Virus record (IMG/VR): IMGVR_UViG_3300032218_001494
Span: 1 to 32,259 of that record
Strand: one strand, 5' to 3'
From: a virus
Taxonomy: Duplodnaviria; Caudoviricetes
Length of the DNA stretch: 32,259 nucleotides
A program made the translations under genes and the position numbers. The notes under the pieces are model-generated. The model did not search any database. It was not told the origin of the DNA and saw only the letters and a list, made by a program, of their open reading frames with translations. Position 1 is the stretch's first letter; each line of letters starts with the position of its first letter. Shown piece after piece: positions 16,792 through 23,334 of this stretch.

Positions 16792-17538
16792 ATGCCAAAT
16801 TGGGTGTATAACGGATTAACTATAGAAGGTAATCCTGAGCAAGTTAAATCTTTAATTAAACAGATGAATAAGCCATTTGTTCAATCTATTGAACCATTAG
16901 GTGATTTATCATTTGAGATTAAACAACGTAAGTATGTTAATCCTATCTTTGCTTTTCATAATATATATTCTTATCTAGACCATGGTGTTACTGAGAAGGA
17001 ATATCATTCTCAACCGCCGACCAAAAATCCTGACCAAACATTTGCTGATTATATAAAGTTTGAATCTAACGATTGGTATAACTTTAATAATCGTGAGTGG
17101 GGCACCAAATGGGATGTGGCTGTAGCCGAGGATGACAAGTATCCTAATACTAATATGGAGGAAGCCGAGAACGGTGAAAACTATGTAGTTCATTACAACT
17201 TTGAAACTGCTTGGAGCCGTCCTCTACCTGCTATTCAAAAACTGTCTGCACAATACCCAACATTACTCTTTACTTTATCATATGAAGAAGAGACAGGCTG
17301 GGGTGGGGAAATGGAATTCCTTCGTGGAGAAGTTATCTCAGAATCAGAATATGACAATATGTGTCGTGATTGTGATGCAACTGACCAAATGGAATACTGC
17401 GAAGAAGAAGACTGTGGCCAAATCTGTGGCAACTGCCACTGGCTTGGCGAGGCAGACCTAGAGGCTGTGGCTAAATGTCAGACCCATAGTATATACTTAG
17501 CAACAAAAGTTCCTGAATATAGAAAGGCGGAAGTATAA
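16792..17538 (+). CDS. DUF1281/YubB-like ferredoxin-fold protein with C-terminal Cys cluster
   Basis: MPNW..N.L.I.G; WY.....WGTKWD; F.TAWS.P; L.Y.EE. Confidence 0.8.
   Translation: MPNWVYNGLTIEGNPEQVKSLIKQMNKPFVQSIEPLGDLSFEIKQRKYVNPIFAFHNIYSYLDHGVTEKEYHSQPPTKNPDQTFADYIKFESNDWYNFNNREWGTKWDVAVAEDDKYPNTNMEEAENGENYVVHYNFETAWSRPLPAIQKLSAQYPTLLFTLSYEEETGWGGEMEFLRGEVISESEYDNMCRDCDATDQMEYCEEEDCGQICGNCHWLGEADLEAVAKCQTHSIYLATKVPEYRKAEV
17476..17497 (+). promoter_or_regulatory. PafBC-type promoter 10 (inside gene 3' end)
   Basis: TGTCAG-N10-TATACT. Confidence 0.7.
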
Positions 17539-17756
17539 TGGCAAGTTTCTTAGAAGATGTAAATCAAATGGTAATTGACGCTGTCTACCAAGATATAGCA
17601 GAACAATTACTAGAGGACTGGATTAATAATAATCTAGATGAGGGCCAGTACTATGCAGATAAACAATTTGCAGAAATGTCAGGAGATAAATTCATACAAG
17701 ATGAGTTTAATAAGTTCTATGATATCAAAGAAGGAGATGAGGATTACTTATGCTAG
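17538..17756 (+). CDS. Acidic hypothetical protein
   Basis: Coupled ORF. Confidence 0.75.
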   Translation: MASFLEDVNQMVIDAVYQDIAEQLLEDWINNNLDEGQYYADKQFAEMSGDKFIQDEFNKFYDIKEGDEDYLC

Positions 17757-17923
17757 GTTATACTGAATCCGATCTAAACAAGATGATTAATGCTGTACAT
17801 GACGCAAAGCTTTTTTATCTTCGGACCCCGTCCGATTTAATGGATAAAACAGAACTAAGGAATGATTTAGAAATGGCTGTTAGTTTTATGCAAGGCCTAT
17901 GGGCCGAGGGCTATTTTGACTAA
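17750..17923 (+). CDS. 57-aa hypothetical protein
   Basis: GAGGA RBS; MLGYT..DL...GLWAEGYFD. Confidence 0.65.
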   Translation: MLGYTESDLNKMINAVHDAKLFYLRTPSDLMDKTELRNDLEMAVSFMQGLWAEGYFD

Positions 17924-18092
17924 GTCATCTAAGTTCATAGAGTATATGAAGATACATCTAATTAGTCTTAACCAGGACTTAGATAAACATAGACCTGAAG
18001 ACACATTACTAGTTGAATATATAGAAGGACAAATTGTGGCAACCGAACATTTATTGTCAGTGGCTACTGATATAATGAACTCAAATGAATAA
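17916..18092 (+). CDS. 58-aa hypothetical protein (TTG start uncertain)
   Basis: GAGGG RBS; ends EHLLSVATDIMNSNE. Confidence 0.55.
   Translation: MTKSSKFIEYMKIHLISLNQDLDKHRPEDTLLVEYIEGQIVATEHLLSVATDIMNSNE
18055..18076 (+). promoter_or_regulatory. PafBC-type promoter 11
   Basis: TGTCAG-N10-TATAAT. Confidence 0.8.
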
Positions 18093-18345
18093 ATATGACC
18101 AAAGGCGTAAAGCCTATAATCTTAAAATGCTAGAAGAAAATGGTCAATTAGGTATATGGTCATTGGATAGATTGGGTAGGATTGCTTTCTGTGCCTTTTG
18201 TTCCACCGCCATAAAAGCGGGAGATATGAAAAAGCATAAAAAGCTTTATCATAAGAAGTGTCATGCACATCTGTATATGACATTTAAGTATGATAAGTTT
18301 AATATAGAAAATCCAGTATTAGCAGGAAATGTCAGTAGCGACTGA
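18085..18345 (+). CDS. Basic Cys/His protein flanked by duplicated promoter
   Basis: FCAFC...HKKLYHKKCH. Confidence 0.6.
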   Translation: MNKYDQRRKAYNLKMLEENGQLGIWSLDRLGRIAFCAFCSTAIKAGDMKKHKKLYHKKCHAHLYMTFKYDKFNIENPVLAGNVSSD

Positions 18346-18351
18346 TATAAT
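18330..18351 (+). promoter_or_regulatory. PafBC-type promoter 12
   Basis: TGTCAG-N10-TATAAT. Confidence 0.8.
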
Positions 18352-18371
18352 GAACTCTACTAACGAAAGGT

Positions 18372-18656
18372 ATGATAATGAATAATGAAGACATTGGGCT
18401 TCCGCCCCATTTACAACGTTTGGTTAATGCTGGAGTATCGGGCCTTGACATTATGCACGGGGAACTAAAAAACCTAATGCTAATTGCAGAGCAACAACTT
18501 GGTGACGCAATTGAACGGGAAGAAGAAACCGAAGAGGCAATGGATTCTATGGTCCGAACAGAATGTGAAGGAGCACTAGATACCTTGGTAGCCCTATATG
18601 AACTCACCTATCAATTATCATTTGCTATAGGAGAAAAGAAAGGGCAAAAAGTATGA
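18372..18656 (+). CDS. Hypothetical helical protein
   Basis: AACGAAAGG leader. Confidence 0.75.
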   Translation: MIMNNEDIGLPPHLQRLVNAGVSGLDIMHGELKNLMLIAEQQLGDAIEREEETEEAMDSMVRTECEGALDTLVALYELTYQLSFAIGEKKGQKV

Positions 18657-18880
18657 CATACGAGCCAAGCTTGGAAATCCTGGAAATGGAATACTCTTGC
18701 TCACCTGGAGGAATCGATCTATTTGAAGTCTATGATAAAACAGATATACCTTTATCTATCCCAATATATGAGACTGAATCTTTGACGGATGCTGTGCTCT
18801 ACTGTTATAATTTAGGGAAAGACTTTACTGTCAAGACATTAGCGGAATGGAATGAAAGAGAGTTAGCATATGAAGCCTGA
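18653..18880 (+). CDS. Hypothetical protein
   Basis: ATGA coupling. Confidence 0.7.
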   Translation: MTYEPSLEILEMEYSCSPGGIDLFEVYDKTDIPLSIPIYETESLTDAVLYCYNLGKDFTVKTLAEWNERELAYEA

Positions 18881-19208
18881 AGATAAAGATAAACTCAACG
18901 AATGTTTAAAGATTCTTGATACCACCGACCTTGGATTGTCAATGGTTTGGTTATGGACGTGGTCTACTATTCTTAATAACTTTGATGACGAGACAATGGT
19001 CATGAAGGCAACTAAGGATGAGATGTGGGACCACCTGTGCGAGGCTGTGGAGGCAGGCCAGGGCTTCTCCCTGGAGTATGGCGCAGAGCAACACTACGAG
19101 GATGTTCAACAGTGGATGTTGACTCGTGAATACATGGTCGACTCAATGTTTGAGGACGACGAGGATGAAGAGGAGACCGAAGATGCAAGCGACGCAGAGT
19201 TACATTAA
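18870..19208 (+). CDS. Acidic hypothetical protein
   Basis: Overlapping start; acidic tail. Confidence 0.75.
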   Translation: MKPEDKDKLNECLKILDTTDLGLSMVWLWTWSTILNNFDDETMVMKATKDEMWDHLCEAVEAGQGFSLEYGAEQHYEDVQQWMLTREYMVDSMFEDDEDEEETEDASDAELH

Positions 19209-19326
19209 TAATCAATTAAACATAGCCCAGCAGCTTTTATGGGGCGGTTCAGAAACAGAAAATATTGAGGCCCATAACCTCATTGCTAGTTTAATTAAAC
19301 ATCTTACTACAGAAAAAAATAACTAA
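19183..19326 (+). CDS. 47-aa hypothetical protein
   Basis: GAGGAG RBS before MQATQS. Confidence 0.55.
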   Translation: MQATQSYINNQLNIAQQLLWGGSETENIEAHNLIASLIKHLTTEKNN

Positions 19327-19343
19327 ATATAGGCGAAAAGCTA

Positions 19344-19372
19344 TTTACAGAATCGTAAATAGTTGATATAAT
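19344..19372 (+). promoter_or_regulatory. Sigma-A-type promoter
   Basis: TTTACA-N17-TATAAT with extended TG. Confidence 0.75.
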
Positions 19373-19405
19373 AAATAGAACAATTCTCTTGAAAGGGGAA
19401 ATCAA

Positions 19406-19549
19406 ATGGCAACAAAGCGTGAATATCTAAAGCAGCAAGGCATTACAGTGGGTGCTCGTGGTCGTTTCTCAGGTGCAGCAAAGGTCGCTCTAGCAGAGGC
19501 GGAAAAGAATGGTCTCAAGTTTGAGGCGGAGTCTAACAAGACTAAGTAA
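19406..19549 (+). CDS. Stand-alone Lsr2-like DNA-binding domain (47 aa)
   Basis: MATKREYLKQQGITVGARGRFSGAAK resembles Lsr2 C-terminal RE.....G..V..RGR; AAGGGG RBS; missed by ORF track. Confidence 0.75.
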   Translation: MATKREYLKQQGITVGARGRFSGAAKVALAEAEKNGLKFEAESNKTK

Positions 19550-19634
19550 ATAAATAGATCGGAGGGGTTGGCAGAGTAATTTGCCAATCTCTCCCCTATT
19601 TGATAGAATTACAACTTAACAGAAAGAGGCGGAA

Positions 19635-19901
19635 ATGGCTAAAAGAATTCCAGAAGAAAAGTTGGCGGAACAAATCGGAACGGCATTAGAAAATGTATGG
19701 TTTAACCCCCATATTGTAGCAAGTATCTTAGTTAATAACTATAGCCTCTATCACCAAGACAAATTAGTTGAACTAATGGCGGAAGTTATAAAGAAACAAT
19801 CAGAACGTTTTACTCATGAATGGGTAGAACATGAAGTAACATCAGAAGGCTTATTACTCTCATCTCATTTGGCTGAAATAGTTAAAGCACATAACAAATA
19901 G
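19635..19901 (+). CDS. Hypothetical protein
   Basis: TTGCCA-N17-TAGAAT promoter upstream. Confidence 0.75.
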   Translation: MAKRIPEEKLAEQIGTALENVWFNPHIVASILVNNYSLYHQDKLVELMAEVIKKQSERFTHEWVEHEVTSEGLLLSSHLAEIVKAHNK

Positions 19902-19928
19902 ATTTAATATACATATATAGCTCCCCAG

Positions 19929-19960
19929 ATATCCACAAGTTATCCACAGCTTGTGGATAT
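19929..19960. promoter_or_regulatory. DnaA-box cluster
   Basis: ATATCCACA 19929, TTATCCACA 19940, TGTGGATAT 19952. Confidence 0.7.
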
Positions 19961-20220
19961 TTTTGTGTGGTCATTAGGGGCAGAAAAAATGCTTTACGAT
20001 AGACATATAAAATCGCCTGAAATTCTAGATAATCTCACATAATGAGATCCTTTTAGGAGATTTCATCATCATTTTTAATCATTATTTAATTAAATATATA
20101 TGTTTTTTAGATCCAATTCTGTGGCAATTTTATGCCATTTGGGGGCAATTTTATCCATTTACGACATGTTGACAAAAATCCCTCAAAATGCATCTATTGA
20201 CAGAATGTCATATATATGCC

Positions 20221-20270
20221 ATGTGGAGAGATATGGGGCAAAGTGGAGCATTATGGGGAGTTTGGGGGAT
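20221..20270 (+). repeat. Five 10-bp-periodic (G/A)TGG(A/G)G repeats, MraZ-box-like
   Basis: atGTGGAGag atATGGGGca aaGTGGAGca ttATGGGGag ttTGGGGGat. Confidence 0.6.
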
Positions 20271-20423
20271 GCTCAATTACACATATATCTCAGTATATAA
20301 TATTTAGTAATAATTGATAGTAAATTAATAGTTATTCTTTCAGACAAATGCTATATCTATGCAGTCAAAAAGGGCTTCTAAGGGGGTTTTAAGACGTTTT
20401 AAAAGCGGGGGGATAGTAGGATC

Positions 20424-20669
20424 TTAGCCATACCTTGTCTCATCTTGCAGTATTTCTTGTAGCAAGTTGCTTGGCATATCATGACCTACTTTGGCATGTT
20501 CCTTTAAATGTCTAGCTAAATCTACATCATTGGTTATCTCTACATTGGCTGCAAATAATGAATATTCATCTTGTGGTTCATTTAACCAACATCCACAGCA
20601 TTCTATATATCCGCTTACATGAGGATAGATATATATATCACTATCTAGGAATCTACTATATGCCATCAT
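20424..20669 (-). CDS. Hypothetical Cys/His protein
   Basis: M.YSRF..SD.Y....CCGC...HL.EH...GH. Confidence 0.75.
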   Translation of the reverse strand: MMAYSRFLDSDIYIYPHVSGYIECCGCWLNEPQDEYSLFAANVEITNDVDLARHLKEHAKVGHDMPSNLLQEILQDETRYG

Positions 20670-20681
20670 TGTTCCCGCCTT

Positions 20682-20825
20682 TTATTCGAAATCTACTTGG
20701 TTTTCAAATAATTCTGTCTGAATTGGGTTGGGCATATCATCTCCCATAGCACCACAATTACTACATGTTATTTGACCATCAAGGTCTAGTTCATAATTAC
20801 ACCCATATTTTATGCAAATGCTCAT
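20682..20825 (-). CDS. 47-aa zinc-ribbon protein
   Basis: C....C...DGQITCSNCGA; ATGA coupling. Confidence 0.55.
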   Translation of the reverse strand: MSICIKYGCNYELDLDGQITCSNCGAMGDDMPNPIQTELFENQVDFE

Positions 20826-20980
20826 ATCGTCCTCGTATCTGAAGATTTTAAATAGAATATGAGATCCATTTTATTTCCGCAAGGACAACTAGGATCAACT
20901 TCTATTACGTTATTAAGCTCCATATCAATAGTTGAATGGCAAATATCACATTCATAGTTATAGGTATGCATATTACTCAT
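20822..20980 (-). CDS. 52-aa zinc-ribbon protein
   Basis: Y.YECDIC...P.CPCG..M. Confidence 0.6.
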   Translation of the reverse strand: MSNMHTYNYECDICHSTIDMELNNVIEVDPSCPCGNKMDLIFYLKSSDTRTI

Positions 20981-20990
20981 ATTCTCTCTA

Positions 20991-21134
20991 TCATTGAGCT
21001 AATTGTACAGGAATCATTATTAAGCATCTCGTACATACATCATAGGTTGATCCAGTATATGGGCAGGTTCCTGCTTCTATCAGGACATGGCTTCTTATTC
21101 TGCATATTAAACCATTTAGAAAATTTTTCAACAT
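20991..21134 (-). CDS. 47-aa Cys/His protein
   Basis: LICRIRSH...CPYTG...CTRC. Confidence 0.55.
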   Translation of the reverse strand: MLKNFLNGLICRIRSHVLIEAGTCPYTGSTYDVCTRCLIMIPVQLAQ

Positions 21135-21202
21135 GTGTTCTCTCTTCCGCCGCACTTTTTCGCTTCACTAATTGGGCTCAATATGGGTCCAATTTAATAT
21201 AA

Positions 21203-21418
21203 TTAAATAGATTCAGACTTAGTCCAGCTTCTATGATTTTTTACATATACGGCCATATAGGCAATAGATCCAAGATAAAATCCATACTGTTTAGTTTGTG
21301 TTGCATAGATTAACCATAGGGTTTCATTAAAGAATAAGACCACCCAGCCTAATTTGTTCTTAGTTCCAACAATAAAGGTTCCAGTAATACCACATAGGGC
21401 TAATATCCATGACCACAT
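21203..21418 (-). CDS. Small multi-TM membrane protein (PnuC-like fragment)
   Basis: Three hydrophobic segments, GW......LW..Y....QYG. Confidence 0.7.
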   Translation of the reverse strand: MWSWILALCGITGTFIVGTKNKLGWVVLFFNETLWLIYATQTKQYGFYLGSIAYMAVYVKNHRSWTKSESI

Positions 21419-21420
21419 AA

Positions 21421-21630
21421 TTAATCATCTTCCTGTTCTGTATCATCTTCTTGTTCCCCGCCCGATGGAAGCTTAATTATGCCTGGATTAGGCACATGTG
21501 TAGCAGTTACTATTTCTGGCTGAATGACTGGATCTTGACTAGTAGGAATATGACTAATTGAATGGTATATACCAACTGAAAACAATATCATGGCTATGGC
21601 TACAATAACAAAGATAGTTCTATCTTTCAT
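21421..21630 (-). CDS. Single-TM protein with acidic tail
   Basis: N-terminal TM; AAGGA RBS. Confidence 0.65.
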   Translation of the reverse strand: MKDRTIFVIVAIAMILFSVGIYHSISHIPTSQDPVIQPEIVTATHVPNPGIIKLPSGGEQEDDTEQEDD

Positions 21631-21751
21631 CTTTATCCTTTACTATTACTACTGCACTATTAAGAGAGTTCCAGTATTTTTCTTCTTCCGCCTTTTTTCT
21701 TTTCTTTTCAGCACCTGACTCTAGAGTATAAAATGCATTAAAGTTGCTCAT
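21620..21751 (-). CDS. 43-aa hypothetical protein
   Basis: GAGG RBS, fills gap between genes. Confidence 0.45.
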   Translation of the reverse strand: MSNFNAFYTLESGAEKKRKKAEEEKYWNSLNSAVVIVKDKDER

Positions 21752-22016
21752 TGATATTAGCCTCTCGTAGCCATTGTTCTGCCCATAAATCCATTAAAGA
21801 TTCATTTCCAATATCATCAAAATAATAACGCTTTAGTTTAGGGTTATATGTCCAGCCATACCACATATCTCCTTCAGCCCATGTTAGATTAGTTGGGCCT
21901 TGTTCTTTATATTCTTTTATACTCTTATCTACTTTATCATACATATGAACCTCAGCAAAGATCGCTTCTCTTAAGTTACCCCACCTAAAAAAGAAATGGA
22001 CTAGTCTATCAATCAT
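21738..22016 (-). CDS. Hypothetical Trp-rich protein
   Basis: ORF track, overlapping neighbours. Confidence 0.65.
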   Translation of the reverse strand: MIDRLVHFFFRWGNLREAIFAEVHMYDKVDKSIKEYKEQGPTNLTWAEGDMWYGWTYNPKLKRYYFDDIGNESLMDLWAEQWLREANINEQL

Positions 22017-22140
22017 TTTCTGACCCCTTCAAAGGTTCTTTATTTTCTTCAAATGCTTGCTTAATTGCGTCTTTTAGCTTTTTGTGTCTTAATCTACGTT
22101 CTAATTCATATTCTTCATCAAATTCTTCTGATTCTAGCAT
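22009..22140 (-). CDS. 43-aa charged protein
   Basis: MLESEEFDEEYELERR...; fills gap. Confidence 0.45.
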   Translation of the reverse strand: MLESEEFDEEYELERRLRHKKLKDAIKQAFEENKEPLKGSEND

Positions 22141-22141
22141 G

Positions 22142-22438
22142 CTAAGCCTTTATAGCTATTATGTTCTTATATGAAAGCAATATATACTTTTCGCCATCAT
22201 CTTCTACTTCAGTACCAGCATGTTGAGGGAATAGAATCTTTGTTCCCACTTCAATTAAATCTAGACTAACCAATTCTCCTGTATAATAATTTCTTTCGCC
22301 TGGTCCAATAGCAATTACTTCACCTTCTGATGGACCAGTATCACTTGTAAATCCCGCCAAAACAATTCCGCTTTTGGTTACCTTTTCTTCACTCTTAGCC
22401 TTTTTAACAAGTACCATGTCGCCAATTGGTTTAATCAT
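22142..22438 (-). CDS. groES: Co-chaperonin GroES
   Basis: IKP.GD.VLV...TKSGIVL...GEVIA.GPG...G.EV..DGEKY.LL...I.A. Confidence 0.9.
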   Translation of the reverse strand: MIKPIGDMVLVKKAKSEEKVTKSGIVLAGFTSDTGPSEGEVIAIGPGERNYYTGELVSLDLIEVGTKILFPQHAGTEVEDDGEKYILLSYKNIIAIKA

Positions 22439-22544
22439 ATATAATCTTTCTCTAGTTTTAATGCACTATGTCTATAATACTAAATATAATAAGTCCTGTC
22501 AATAGAAAACCCCACATTTCTGTGGGGTATCTATTTAATTAGTT

Positions 22545-22769
22545 TTAGACTTTTCGTCCTCTGCTAGTCTTTTTAGGAATAGCATTTGGATTTGTTTCTC
22601 TACGAATACCATGTTTATTGGTATCTATTTTTACCGCCGCTCTTTGATCTTGAACGCCAGACTTTAATCTACCTTGATAAGGTTTCTTTTTAGCTGGTTT
22701 ATCAGATGTTACTGCTCCTGACGGCTCTGGGTTTGGTGGAGGCGTCATGCCTGTTCCATCCATTGACAT
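22545..22769 (-). CDS. Disordered basic protein
   Basis: Pro/Lys/Arg-rich; terminator-like ACCCCACA/TGTGGGGT downstream. Confidence 0.65.
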   Translation of the reverse strand: MSMDGTGMTPPPNPEPSGAVTSDKPAKKKPYQGRLKSGVQDQRAAVKIDTNKHGIRRETNPNAIPKKTSRGRKV

Positions 22770-22978
22770 TAGTCTATGTCCTCTCCCATTGGGCCTTTCG
22801 GCTCTGCATTTTCATGCATTGGTCCTTCTTCAGTTTCTGTTCCGAGTGTGTTCATTGAATCTGTTCCAAACATTGCTGGCATTGAAACTAATCCAGTTGC
22901 ACCGACATCGTAAACATTCTGATTAGGCATTTCTACGCCCATGAATGCTTCTTTACCACATCCGCACATCGTGCACAT
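22769..22978 (-). CDS. Small protein with N-terminal MCxxCGC metal-binding motif
   Basis: MCTMCGCG then Met/Glu/Gly-rich. Confidence 0.65.
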   Translation of the reverse strand: MCTMCGCGKEAFMGVEMPNQNVYDVGATGLVSMPAMFGTDSMNTLGTETEEGPMHENAEPKGPMGEDID

Positions 22979-22980
22979 AT

Positions 22981-23145
22981 TTACTTACCGTTCTGTCCAA
23001 GGCCAGTTTTGCCTTGTGTTGACTTATCTGCAGCTGCAGGGAATGATCCCATTGCTGGTGAATAGTTTGCATCGATTGTGTTTGTTCCTGATTGTTCTCC
23101 AGTGTTACCGAATCCCTCAAGATTTACTCCATTTGAAGTTGTCAT
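22981..23145 (-). CDS. 54-aa Gly/Thr/Asn-rich protein
   Basis: AGGAG RBS; MTTSNGVNLEGFG...GQNGK. Confidence 0.65.
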   Translation of the reverse strand: MTTSNGVNLEGFGNTGEQSGTNTIDANYSPAMGSFPAAADKSTQGKTGLGQNGK

Positions 23146-23214
23146 TTTATTTCTCCTATAGGTTGTTTAATTTAGATGGGTCTAGAAGGCCATCTATCCT
23201 TCTATTATAGCATT

Positions 23215-23334
23215 TTAACTCTTATATAGCTTATTATAGCAATCTGTGCATAGGTCTATTATGCCGCTTTGAGGAGCACCAATATGGGTTGCTTTCTGAC
23301 TACAACCCGCTATTTCACAAATATCGTTAAACAT
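23215..23334 (-). CDS. 39-aa zinc-finger protein
   Basis: CEIAGC...LCTDC; TAATG coupling. Confidence 0.5.
   Translation of the reverse strand: MFNDICEIAGCSQKATHIGAPQSGIIDLCTDCYNKLYKS

Noticed and set aside
19402-19587. - strand 61-aa ORF
   Set aside because: Opposite strand encodes the Lsr2-like ORF with promoter and RBS
20235-20268. G-quadruplex
   Set aside because: Only three long G-runs; 10-bp periodicity is better explained as protein-binding repeats
9300-20420. LexA/SOS boxes (TCGAAC-N4-GTTCGA), integrase or att sites
   Set aside because: None seen by eye; no evidence for a classical prophage switch here
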